DNA of 63,288 nucleotides, counting the filler, from Choristocarpus tenellus KU-1152 (lineage: Eukaryota > Protista > Phaeophyceae): NCBI GenBank assembly GCA_964200185.2. It is 10 parts of 10 records of this genome, joined end to end, with 100 filler letters (N's around TTAATTAATTAA, not from the genome) between each part and the next. Parts side by side here need not be neighbours in the genome. Positions count along the whole stretch, not along the records: positions 5,289 to 14,908 come from CAXNAD020003530.1; positions 15,009 to 25,532 come from CAXNAD020002877.1; 8 more parts are not named here. One strand, written 5' to 3'. Shown piece after piece: positions 12,450 to 25,240 of this stretch. Below the pieces are notes generated by a model. That model ran no database searches, was not told the origin of the DNA, and saw only the letters and a list, made by a program, of their open reading frames with translations. Positions within the stretch are counted from its first letter, which is position 1. Each line of letters begins with the position of its first letter. The translations under genes and the position numbers were made by a program.

Positions 12450-14750
12450 TTGGCCACTAAATTGAAAAGTGACAAATTTTCTTGTTTATATTATCGCTTT
12501 TAATGCCCATCTTCAAGCATTATTGCCTGTATAAAACATCTGCGATGCTTGGTCGTGGTCGCTCTCTCTCAGTCTCTCCGCTCTCTCGTGTGGTTTAGCT
12601 GCAACCATGTATATCAAGCTGACCTCCACCAGCGATGCATGCACGCAATCGCTTATCTCACGCACAAAACGCACCCTCGCTGCTGCTTCATACATTGGAG
12701 TTGAGCAACATTTCCTGCCACAACATATCATTAATGTACACAATAGTACGCTTTTCCACGATCTTCGAATTTTTTCCAAGTGAACTTCACCTAACGCTGG
12801 CAATTCCTGGTCTGCAGATGGCGACATGCCTTTTAAGCATCCTATCCCCACCACCCCACATGGTTTTGTTGGTTGACCAAGACCCCAGTCCCCACCTCAA
12901 GCTTGTACAGTGTACTTTCAAGGCTCCCTCTCATAGTGTTGTGCGGGGCTCAACAACTGGAATTTTTTTTCATGATTTCTACTTGATTAAAGTCCCTGCA
13001 CAATCAGTAAACATGTAAAAATTAGTATACTAAGGGGATATTTCCTTTCCATTTGAATTTCCCCTCATCTTGAGGACAATGTAGTATTTTTGCTATTTTT
13101 TCTCCAAAGTTTTTTGTTTTGCTTGGTTGTGTGCCTGCTGTGAGAAGCCTCTTGAGTAAGGGGGAGGGACCAGGGGTACATGGATGTGTTGAGGATACCA
13201 CCCAACCAATTGCTTTACTGTACTGGGGCGAAGTCTAGGTATGATACATGATATTGAAAGTGAGCCCTGGGCTAGGGTTGTACTATACTACAGAAAGGTA
13301 GCTATTAAAACTAGCAGAAGCAATGCTCTTTGTGATATTTCTTTTTGAGCCAATATTGTATTGGAGGCTTTTTTATTTCAAATTTGTATATATCCATGTT
13401 TATTGGAAAGTAAAGAGTGGCCGCTGTTTCTATTTCTCTGTGAGGCTGTAGCTTTTTGCTATCACCTTTCCCATGAGAAAGTTGCACTGTTTCTTATGGC
13501 GTAGCAAAGCAGAGCACAGTGGACTTTTAGGGGCCGTACATGTGTCCCACGACTGAGAGCCACCCTCAGTAATTTTTCTTGAGCCTGGATGTCGACCTTA
13601 GTAGGAACTAGCTGAATAGATGACATGCGTCAGTTTCGTGTAATTGTGAGCACATACAAAAAGAAGATTTTGAGAAATGAAAGGTAACATTCAGGGCCAA
13701 CCATGCCAATGGTAAGGTGCAACAAAGGGTGCTAGGTGGGCTAACAACAGTTATGACATGGCAATAATGGCTTTTCTTCTGTATAGTAACAAGTTCATCT
13801 ATCTTTGTTTGATCTCCATTATTTCTGATTTTCACCCTGGATAGTGCAGTTGAAAGTTGATCCCCACATGCTTTCACTTCTAAGGAAGGGATTGATGAAT
13901 ACTGGCCGGGAGGAATCGCTTCTGGTCTAATGTTTGGTTCTGGCAAGGGATACATGCATGCCTGGTCCTTTTGCCACTTAGCGAGAGGTACTCTAATTGG
14001 CAACTGTGTGCATAGACAACTCTTTGCCCATAATCTGTAAAAAACGCTGTCATCATATCATTACTCTGAAGGAGGGATTTGCTTTCTCAGTGCAGCACAG
14101 AGTTACTAAAATACTTGTAGCTATTGCCAGACATGTGGCAATGAATATTTCTATGGTCAGTCCCCCCCTCCTTTCCTTCTACATGCAGTCTAACCAATTT
14201 TTCAAGCTATTGACGGGATGGTTGACTCAGAAAGTGATTTTTCTTTATGATGTTAGGCATAGTCCCAGTCCTGGGCTGTGATGCCTCTATTATTATTTTA
14301 AGCCAATACCTATTAGCCACTTTGAAGGTCGAAGTTACAGTCAGATCCCACAGTTACACATCGTTTTTGGTCATCTTCTATAGCAGAGGAAGACACAGAC
14401 CCTACCGGGCATGACTCCTCCATCATTCCCAGGCAAGGTCCCCCCATACCCATTTCCTGCTAGTGCTACTGTTGTAGCACCATAACTGCTAGCTGGTGGA
14501 GCTTCTACTCCTCTTTCCCCAGGCACGGTCCACCCCCGAGCCTTTCCTCCTATTGCTGCTGGAGCACTGTGACTGCTAGATGGCAAATCTCCTCCTCTTT
14601 TTCCCCCAGCATAACCCCCGGATTTACCCTGGTACACACACTTTGTTCCTTTTCCTGGTGCTGGAGCACCTTGACTACTAATGTTACAGGCACAGAGCGT
14701 TTCTTTCTGCGTGCCAAAATGCGCGAACAGTATACATACGTAAGAATTCA
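12450..14750 (-). mobile_element. Ty1/Copia retrotransposon relic
   Basis: LESTLYKL (~12920) and TIVYINDML (~12750) resemble RT motifs LKKSLYGL and YVDD; a Gly-rich gag-like stretch lies at 14400-14750. Heavily decayed. Confidence 0.5.
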
Positions 14751-15599
14751 TTTAGGAGGAACTTTGAACTGATAGAAGATGCAGAGTAAGATTTGAAATG
14801 CAAACATAATCTTACAGAATAGATGTCAATTCCTGAAAGTTGCAGAATAAAGATTTATGATTGAAGTATCTACTTAGCAGTTTGCAGGCTTCGTTTAACT
14901 CTTTGGCTNNNNNNNNNNNNNNNNNNNNNNNNNNNNNNNNNNNNNNNNNNNNTTAATTAATTAANNNNNNNNNNNNNNNNNNNNNNNNNNNNNNNNNNNN
15001 NNNNNNNNCCCATCTTTGATGTTGCTCATCACTCCTAAGGTTGCACTTGACCAACCTTAACCGCGTACCCTCAGTCACGGTTCGTCCTTGTTCGTGTGGT
15101 CCGTCTTGCCCGGTGATTCTCTTCGCCACCCTTCCTTGCCTGAGTGAACCACGCCGCCACAGAATCACACGATTCACACATATTTCAATTTCGAAACTTC
15201 CACTCTTCTTCTACTCTTTCAATGGTACAGTCTGAGTCAAACCTAGGCAGGGTTGAATTTCAAGGATCCCCACAAAGAAGGGAAAAAAGAAGTCTTATTT
15301 GTACAAGCGCAGAAAGAGCCTTTTCTTAATTGTGGTGTCACTTTGTGTATGGAAAGAGGGAAAATCAATTTTGCATACACTGTTTTCCAGACATAGAGCA
15401 ATGAAATAGAGTGTATTGCACAGGGAAAGAAAGATGGCTTAGAATGCCAAATGGTCCAAACCTGTCTACCTCTCAGTTGGTTTGGCTCATCGGGATTTAA
15501 GATTTCTATGTTTCGTCTGGTTTCAGTGTGTGCTTTATACAATTCATCATTCAGAAAAAGGGGTGCATGGTGGCTACACCATCCCACATTAAATCTCAT

Positions 15600-18250
15600 G
15601 TGATATTCTATTGTATCGTTCCCATTGATGTTTTCCAGAAGATGTAAGAGGGAAGAAGAACATGCATCATGTCGAAGACATGTATAGTCATTTTCTATTG
15701 ATACCAGATAGACACACCAACCTTAGTGAACGCAAAAGAGGCAGAGTCTATTATATATTGCTTACAAATCAACTTTCAACAAAGACCCACTTACTATATG
15801 TAACATATTAAAAGATTGTTTTTAAATTGCTCCTAAAAGTCCAAGATACAGGTTGTTACACAGCTGGCTATAGTTGTAGACACTAGCACTATGAGTCCTA
15901 AACCTACAAAAACTCACTTGTTGTATTTGTAACATACTACTTTTTTTCGGCATTAAACAGAATTCCACCTGGACTGCAGTCTTGAGGTAGTCGGTATCTG
16001 CGTTTTGGTCATCCTTGACAGTCTGCCACGCATTCACTTCCAGCCAGGTACTGCGCACAAAGTCCAGGAGTCGCAAAATTATATGGGGGTCTAGACAGTT
16101 TGTGTGATATGGCTAAAAGCATCTGGTGGGGTGTTGCGACTCTCCGTTTGGGGCCAATTTTTTTATGTCGCGATTTTTGGATGATTTGGTTGCATATGTC
16201 GGATGGATGAGGTATGTGCACGTTTGCTGGTTATTTCCCCAATGGACACCCTGGTCTAGACCCAGCCCCCGCCTCCCGTTACTCTGGGTCATATTTTTAA
16301 TACTATGTAGTGCTACCTAATATCGAGGACACCCGCTCCGAGTCTGCCAGTCTGCCTCTCGGTGTAGAAGGAATAGCCAAGAAGGCCGACACACAGTGGG
16401 CGAGTTTGGCCTTGAATAGAAAAGCTGAAGTCCTGTCCTTACTCCAGTAGAAGAAGAGTGGGACATAGCAACCTCCACTCCTCTCAGGATCTTCCCTCAT
16501 CTACTTGTTAACAATCAAGTCTGGAAAAGTATTCTTGCGCCCACAGATTTAGAGCACTGGGGGTGCTTCCTACGCTTTGTCTGAAATCTCAAGCATCCCA
16601 TTGGAATATTGGCGGCGCCCAAGTCCTTGTTTTTACACGACACATCAAGATTATATCGATAGGGTTGTTTTCTCTCCCCATCAAATAGGTCTGAAAGAAG
16701 CGAACAATTCTTGTTAATGACATATTCATATCTGGACAACTTCACACTCAATGGAACCTGTCATCCTAAAACGATCAGCCATACTTGACCTACAACGGAT
16801 TTTTCCCTTACAACATTAATATTGCTTTCCTCCATTATTAAAGCGTCCGTCATTCATCATAGAAATAGGTCGTATTGTGTACTTCATACTCCGGAATAAT
16901 GATGATCAAGACGTGCACAGTGCATTATACCTCTGGCCAGGGGTTGTGGCTAGGTAGGGTCAAGTTATGTTGCTAGTGCCAAAATTTGTTGACCTGTAAC
17001 GGACGTTTTCCACTACAACATTAGGGTTGCTTTGCTCTATTATTAAAACGTCCGCCGTTCATCATACAAAAGAGGTCGTATTATGTACTTCGTACTCGGG
17101 AGTAATAATGATCAAGACGTGCAGTGTATAATACCTCTGACCAGGGGTCGTGGCTAGGTAGGGTCAAGTATGTTCCTAGCCTCAAAATATTAAAGATAAT
17201 ACAATAATAAGCGTAAAATATACACAAGTATTACATTGTACCTCGAAGTAGATAATAGTATCATAGGAGTGTTACGGATTGGTTAGTTAGTTCAGCTATT
17301 GCCTGTTTGAGGGGGCTAAAGTGCTCCCAACTTTCACTTCAACACTGAGCCATTGTGTACTAGGAGAAGATATAACTACTCAGAAGTGTATGAATCACCT
17401 GCTGAAGAAATGGTTTGATCTTTCCTTCAAAGCCAATATCTGTCTGTGCAGTTGACTGCATGAGCTCTATCGCAGTAGTGTTACTCAGCATTCAAAAGCC
17501 TGACAGTTGTAAACCTTTTATGTTTTCATGTTGAGTTCCTGATACACTCCAAAGTGCATATTATGGAACCCCCAAGTTTGAGGTCAGGTCCCGCCACTAC
17601 TGCTGATCTACAAGAATTACTAGTCAATCCCTAGCACCAAAATATCATACACCACATGGATTATCCACAAACTCACAAAACCTGACCACTCACATAAACT
17701 GTCAACTGATGACAGGCACACAAGATTGTACCCTCGACAACCATATATCATGGCCGAGAAAGTTTCCATCATGGTAGAAAATACTCCAGAATAGTAGGGT
17801 AGGAGATATCAGGACAACATCCAACGAGCAGTTAGGACCCAGACCCCCAAGCACGTTGTACACCTTTTCCAGAAGTAGTTTTGCTTCCTATACACCTACT
17901 AAACATTCTCGTGTTCACGGTCATACTTGATAACTTGCCATCCGTCGCGAGTTGGGAAATCCCAGGCAAGACAGTCGTAATATGTTACCTTAGGAAATCA
18001 GAACAGCCAAGAAAAAAGCTGAGCTACAATTTGGTTTGAGGTACTAGACTAGCTGACCTTTTGGGGGTTGGTTTGTGAGTTAGATGAGACAATTTCAGAC
18101 CAATCTGTCTCATCAGAGTCATCCATTTCCAATTTGAAACATCCTCAAGCATATATGTACTAGTAATTGTCCAGTAGATCATTCATCTCAGCCCACAATC
18201 ATCTTCGGCATTGTTCTTGTTTCAAGGACCACAAATTGCTCACCAACTAC
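15600..18250 (-). pseudogene. Possible second bunya-like L (RdRp) fossil, motifs B-E and C-terminal region, interrupted by insertions
   Basis: In order: NCSSAFFLAVL (~18030, end of motif B), a frameshifted NS-DD-G (~17950, motif C), LEKVYNVLGGLGPNCSLDVVLISPTLLFWSIFYHDG (~17870-17765, motif D/E-like), SNLGVP*YALW (~17580), then broken ORFs at 16751-16303 and 16076-15822. Confidence 0.38.
16781..17185. repeat. Tandem duplication of a ~204-bp unit with short terminal inverted repeats
   Basis: Units start near 16785 and 16989; outer ends atacttgacc and ggtcaagtat are reverse complements. Confidence 0.75.
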
Positions 18251-18929
18251 CCTAAACTTACGTATACTCTGGGGTATACAAGTGTATATTACTGGTTCTA
18301 TATTAAGAATTTGTTGCGGCTGCATCAAAAGCGAATTGCGATACAAATGAAGTAGATACAAATACTGCTGTAGTAGTAGCCCCCAAACATCGATAAAATG
18401 TCATGGAGATGAAGATGGACAATACGCACACAGTGATATCTGCGTAACAGCTTGTCTGTGCACTAGAGATCACTATGTGTCAACGAACATAACCTGCAAC
18501 AAAGTAACAACTGCTCAAGTTGCAAACAGAGAGATGGAGAAAGGCGCAAGAGGCTGAAGTATCATCCTTCTGCTATAGGCATTAATAGGTATCACACACA
18601 GCAGACATTTGGTGGACTCAAGTCTGTATTCTCAAACCTTATGTAAATTTTAGGTGAACAGAACAAAGACGGTATAGGAGGTACAAATACACAAATATAA
18701 GCAAGAATCAACAGTATCAATGCCACACAAATAATGTTCTCGTGTTGCTCTTTTCCTGAGAAGTTCAAGTCCAATCTGGACTACAACTCCACATCAATAG
18801 AGTTCTCACGATGAGATGCCATGCATTCACATACACCAGAAAAAAATCGTGGCAGATGCCAACTTTGTACCTCCTACTGCTCTTTTGACAACATCCCTGA
18901 AGCGACACTGTGAATATGTTGTATATCTG

Positions 18930-21900
18930 CTATGCAATATTTGTGTTGACTTGCAAAGGAATACCACTCTCTGCACTCAGAGATCGTGTGTGGGCAGCTG
19001 CTTTAGCCTGCTCCATGACCTCCCGGATAGGCACATCATTGGCAATGGCCAACAGCTGGGATACATGAACAATGAGGGGATGAAACATGAAGGTGAGTTG
19101 TGTGACAATGACGAGGAGTCCCTGGTGAAAAATTTCACAGTTAGGTTCATTTCTACCCGGTGGTACTGCTCAAAGGAGATCCTACATCACATATACTTCA
19201 ATCAGGCTTTCAGGACGCTTCAAGACATGGACAAAAAATCACCTCCATCACAAGTAAGTGCCTTAGGCAGCAAACTTCATACTTCCCCACTTCTGACAAA
19301 CAATACCAAGACAACACAGTGCAGAACAACCACAACTGGACACACACGACTACAACCGGCGAACAGGAATAAACCTACCTAACTCCCTTTACTGGTATGT
19401 GTGTGTGACTCATCAGCAACAGAGTAATGATGGTGACAGTTCTTCTCATATAGTAAGTACCCTGTGAAAATTACCACAATCCTTCCTTTCATAAATGTGT
19501 TCACCATCAAACAGACTCTGTGAGGACACCTGTGTTACCCGTGGCCATGTCCATGCAACCACCAACTCATGGTAACAAACCGCCCTTAACTTCATACCAA
19601 AGACTTACACGCTTCGAGTTCAGATACACAGAAAAACGAGTGCAGAGCCGACCCACTGCAGGAAACCTACAAGCCAGAAAAGAAATAACTACGGTCCTAT
19701 GCATCAGAACTTTTATATCGCAGTGGGCATGCCCCGTGTGATGTCATCCAACACTCCAGTTATTGTTTGAATATATTCTTTTAAAGTACGCCTTCTTGGA
19801 ATGAGAATTGTTTTACAAGTTGAGAAGGAGATTCTTGCACCAATTACCTACTTCCTCAGTTTCAGAATCAACTCGAACGGTTTGAGGGACATAAAATATA
19901 TACATAACATATATACATAAAATATATACATATCAGGAAGGATTTTCTTATGGCTTTACAGCAAGCTGTGTACAATAGGTAGACCAAGTCTGATTTCGGT
20001 GAGATTTTAGGGTAACTTCAAAATGGATCTTTGGAAGGCTTCCACAAATATAAACGAAACTGTGATAACATGTTGAGCATTTATAGCCTGCCCCACAAAA
20101 AAAAAAGAAACTCAAACTGATGCTTATCCCAGGAAGTAAGACCAAACTTCTCCTTGCAGTGAAAGGGATTTCTCCTCTGCACAGATCAAGGGTTAGGGTT
20201 ACACAGCAGCTGACTCCTATCTCAAATTATGCAGGGAGGTTGTACTTGTGAGGGCATGGACCACCCCCTAGCTGTTATTTGCTCACCTTGCAATCCTCAA
20301 ACTCTGGCTTGGTGTTGACAGGAACCCCATCCAGCCAAGCAGTCTGTGATTGGAGGACGTGACAACAGGCAATACAGTTACAATAATAACATGCACCAAA
20401 AAAATTAAGTACTACTGTAATTCAAAAACAATTCTAAATCAGATAAACGTTTTCCCACATATCTCAATCCCTGAAAAAAAAAAAATTACACGTGCTAAAT
20501 CTGATACAGCTCACACAAAAGCAGAGCCATCTCACCTTCACACGAACATCACCCAAAGAGGGGATGTTGACCGTCACAATTTCGCGGCGAAGTGAGCAGC
20601 GCTCCAACAATCGCCTTCGTACCCCCAACGTGGTGCTCTCCTTGAACAGGACACGCATTACCTGTTCCTGGTCCTGTGTCTCACATAAGGCATGCACAGT
20701 AAAGGCAGGTCGGCCTTTCTTCATGAAGATCGGGCTAACCCAGGCATCCAGACTCCCTTCATTCAACAGCCTCTCTGTCACGTATCCAGCAACCTCACCA
20801 GTCATATCGTCGATGTTAGCCTCTAACACACACAGGCTATCTGTGACCCACTCTACCGCTGTGCCCCTCCCAGCGTTGGTCTTTGAGAGCACTGCCATTG
20901 CCTGGCCTTGTTGCTGCGGCAGCTTGTTCCCACAGATGACTCGTAGGATGTTAGGGTGTTTCTTGAAGTCCTTGGTTCCAGCCCCAATGCCTAAAGCCAA
21001 CACACACACACACACACACACACATATCTTGCATGACCAACAGCTGGGGACACGGCCTTGATTATACCCATGTCAGGGGCAAAAAAAAAAAGGTGGGAAA
21101 ATTAAGGTAAAAATAATTAAGGTAACAGTATTGATACAACACCAGCAAAGTTGTAGTAGGCCCTCACCAATAGCCTCCGGAGAAAAAGGTGGAGGTCGAC
21201 CAAACTCAGAGGTTAGCACCTTGACCAATGCAGCCCCTGTTGGTGTAACCAGCTCCCCAGTTGCGCTGCATGGGACCATTAAAACGTGAGGGAACAAAGC
21301 AGAGTTGCCATGTACTACCAGGACATGGAGGTTTTCCTGCTATGGTCTACAAGTACAGCAGAGTGGACAGGGGTCTACTACCTTCTCACCTTTTTGGACC
21401 TGGGCAGGTGGGAATGCCCACCAATAAGTGCAGAGTTGCTGGTGCAGGAACAGGCAGGATGCCATGAGCAGTCCACACTGTACCCTGAGCACCAAGAACA
21501 ACAAGTCTCAATAAAGGAGAAAAAAAGTGTCTAGACAGAACACCTTCGATGCTCATACCTCAACCAATGAGCATACACCGATTACACCATTACACGACCA
21601 ATAATAGACCAAAAATATAGAAGAACATTGACAAAAGCAGAAGCGTTAGACAGAAAGATTGATAGTTGCAAGTGCTATTCATGTCCCCCTGATAACTGTT
21701 TGACAGGGAATGGGTATCAAAGACAGTGAAGCCTCATCGTGAAGGGATACAGCAGTACCACGGAACATCAACATGAGAGATACTTCTCAGATAACATCAA
21801 CCAAAGTAGCATTACATTGTGTGTTAATAACAATTACACATCCCTCTCTTCCAGCAACAGTAACTCTGTGTGTACAACCACCCTGACATCCAACCATCCA

Positions 21901-23318
21901 ACATACATACAACTGGAAGTTTTATATTCCAAAACGTCACCTCGCTGAAAGGAAGAGCAGAGCAGTACAATTTCTCAATCCCAAGTAGGTGGAGGGCATA
22001 TACCACCCCCACTGTGTCCACAATGCTATCAATTGCCCCAACTTCGTGAAAGTGTACCTGCCACATCAAGTAAGGTTCAGAGAAATGAAATGATTATGCA
22101 TATAGGAAAAAAATACAACGCAAACAATCACATCCAAAGGCAGGCTCAAACATTTGAGGGACTGGGGACTTGAAAGATCAAGTGATCCCAATGAGAATAT
22201 TATAACTGCAAAGTGAAGAATGCCTGGGTCCGAAAATGGTCGAAAACAAACAGCACTCTAGAACGTTACGAACCCCATGTCTAGAGGAGCAGGGAGGAAA
22301 TGGGCAACAAGAAGTGGTTCGAGTTTTTCCGGTGCTTCTTACTTGGTCTAGTGTCGTTCCGTGCGTTTTTGCTTCAGCCTCCCCCAAAGCGTTGAATACT
22401 GCTATACTCTTGTCTTTCACCGCCTCTGGCAGGTCAGAATCCCTCAGCATACTCGCGATAACCTCAACGTTGCGCAAGGGGTCGTGGCCGTGGTCTTGGT
22501 CTTGCCCAGTGTGTTGATGTACTGCCCAACGGAGAAGAAGTAACGCATATACGCAGCGCGTCGACTAAGCTTTGCACAAAAGATGTATATAGATAGATAG
22601 GTAAAGAGAGTTGACTGTCATCTCAACTCTGAGCTCACACAAAAGGATGCAACGGATGTTACTGACCGTGATCATGTTCGCCTGCAGCAGAAGTGGCATC
22701 CTCCACATTCCCACCTTGATGGCTATGATTGTGGCTGTGGCTGCGGCTGTGGCTGCGACCGTGATTGTGGCCATGGCTGTGGTTACTACCATGGCTATCG
22801 TGACTGTGACTATGACTGTGACCAGTGTCAGGGACATTAGGCGCCGCATCATTGAATTCGTTCGAGGAACCAGGAGGTGCAGCTGCTCGGTGCGCGTAAC
22901 TGCTCTTCACACCCAATTCCATGGCTGCAATGGAACCCTGTAGGTCAGAAACGAGTCGCCAACATCTTTGGTTGGGGATGTGAGAAGGGGGGGTTCAGCA
23001 AAAGCGTCGATCCCCTCACAAAAAATGGATGAATCGTCAAGGCCCTTACCATTCCTTTGGTGACACGACGGACTTCAATGTCCCACTCATCTCTAATGGC
23101 CCTGATAGTCTTCAGTCCCTCCTTCAGTTCGTTCAGTAGTCCAGGCGGTCCCTGTGTGTTAATGCAAGCACGTTTGGTAATGACGAAGAAAGGTCGAGGA
23201 CAACCTCCAACCAAGGAAAAACAAGCAACCAATATCATCAACCCACCGCATCTAACAGTGCTGCTAGCAACATGTCACCAGCCACGCCACTAAAGCAATC
23301 TATGTAGGCTATCTTCAT
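18930..23318 (-). CDS. larC: LarC-family nickel insertion protein (nickel-pincer nucleotide biosynthesis), complete, 10 exons, 523 aa
   Basis: GT-AG exons 23318-23247, 23151-23050, 22937-22667, 22521-22343, 22057-21941, 21484-21390, 21265-21168, 20990-20536, 20343-20287, 19055-18930 sum to 1572 nt in frame. Motifs: [23 protein letters not shown], His-rich linker, [96 protein letters not shown]. Confidence 0.96.
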
Positions 23319-23463
23319 GATGCAGATGAGGTTCTCACAGAGGGGTCTACATGTAGACTTGTATATCTAATCTCGACAACTTTTTTCGAATTGTTTTCAG
23401 TTTATTTACAGTATTATATATCACTTCATATTGTTAATGTCAGCAGCGTGATCGGTTAAAAAT

Positions 23464-23535
23464 GGCTTCGTGGTATAATGGTTAGCATTCGCCCCTGTCA
23501 CGGGCGAGATCCGGGTTCGATTCCCGGCGAGGTCG
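23464..23535 (+). tRNA. tRNA-Asp(GTC)
   Basis: 72-nt cloverleaf: acceptor GGCTTCG/CGAGGTC plus discriminator G, anticodon arm CGCCC-CTGTCAC-GGGCG, T arm CCGGG-TTCGATT-CCCGG. D stem is imperfect. Confidence 0.9.
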
Positions 23536-24469
23536 TGTATCGATTGTCATATGTTCTGCAATTTTTAATGTTAGATTTTCATTTAAATAATATAATTTGC
23601 ACCGAAATAATCAATAAGAGAACATGAGGTTAATACAACTGTTGTAGAGTGGTAGTATATGTGAATCATATTATTCTGTGGTGGCGTGGCTCATTCAGTC
23701 AAGCAAAGGTGGTGAAGAGAATCACCCAGTAAGACCAAACACCAAGACCAATCGCAACAGAGAGGACGAGGAAGGTTAAGGTCGGACAAATGCAAAAACT
23801 GGAGAAAACTGAAGATAATTCCAGAGTAAGGAGAATCTCATGAGATGGGGATCATCATAATGTGGATCATCATAATGTCAAGACGGAACAACAAAGAGAA
23901 TCTTTGGTGTTTGACATCTCTTATTGAAGAGATATTATCCACTTCTTGTGGGATTAGTCTTTTGAAAAGATTCCATACCTCAATCTCACGGAAATCCTCC
24001 ACTGGAATCAGGGATTCCTGACCAGGAACCTCAATCGGTATACATATGTATGACATAAGGCAATAACGGTATGATCACAGATAACCCTGCTTTACACGTG
24101 TGTCCTTCCCCATACCCGTTTGTCCTATATATATTATTATACCCTCTGCCTATATATATATATATATATTATGTCATCTGACATCTTACAGATGTGTCAG
24201 GAGAAAAAACGATGAAAAGTCAATTCAATATCAGTACAACCCCTGAAAAGTAGCAGTTGCCAGAGATGTGAAGATATTTTTCGATCATCTGCCTTTGTCA
24301 TTATTCTACTCTACTACTGTATCGTAATCAATCTGTACACTATACCCTTTACAAATGTCGAAAATTACAAAATTTGTATGAAAGACACTCCTGTCCCAGC
24401 CCCCAACAACACATAGAGTATTGCTACCACTGTCACAGGCGAATAGCATGTCTACCTTTTCACACTCTA

Positions 24470-25240
24470 ACCGGTGTGGGCAGTCTTGCTATGGCATTCC
24501 CTGATTTTTTGTTATTGCTAGACATTTTTTTTTTATTTGTTGAGGCATTATTCTTATGTCTTACATTTGTTTGTGTTGATAGTTGTTAAGGGGAGAGTCT
24601 TGTTATGACATTCCCTATTCATGTGATTTTTATACATTTTTGTTTGTATTTGAGGTACTATTCTTGTCTTGTATTGGCTGTGATGATAGTTGTGAAGCAG
24701 GAGAGCCTTGCTATGACACTCCCTATTTTAATAATATTGTAAGACGTTCATCTTTATTTGTTTGTATGTTCATAGTTCGTAGGGACGATAAGCCTTTCCA
24801 TAGCAGAGCTCTACCTAGGCGACTGCGAGGCATTATGTTGGTGTCCTATAGTTTGTGTTTGTAGTTCTGAAGGGGGAGAGTCTATGGCAACACCCTGTTT
24901 CAGTGCTATTGTGATTTTGCATCCATATTTATTTGTATTGATATTTGTGAGGGGGAAGAGTCTTGCTATGACAATCCCTATATTTATGTTATTTTGATAC
25001 CTTTTTTTTTTATTCTTGGTTTGTAGGGAGGGTAAGTCTTTACACGGCAGCACCCAATCTCTTTTGTGACCATGACACATTGTCTTAGTGTCCTGCAATT
25101 GCTGTGTTCTAGTTCTGAAGGGGGAGCGTCTATGGCAGTACCCAAGTTCCGTGCTACTATGGTTTTATGTATGTATCTGTGTTTGTTTAGCTTGGAAAGG
25201 TGGAGTCTTTTTAGACAGTACCCTACTTTTGAAGTGTGTA
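24470..25240. repeat. Diverged tandem repeat array (~115-120 bp period)
   Basis: Recurrent gtcttgctatg(g/a)cattccc at ~24483, 24597, 24704, 24960 and agttctgaaggggga..gtctatggca at ~24863 and 25111. Confidence 0.65.

Noticed and set aside
18816-19382. 188-aa plus-strand ORF
   Set aside because: Overlaps the last larC exon in antisense and has no recognisable motif.
23640-24060. AT-rich coding-like stretch downstream of the tRNA
   Set aside because: May be foreign DNA, but no family could be recognised.
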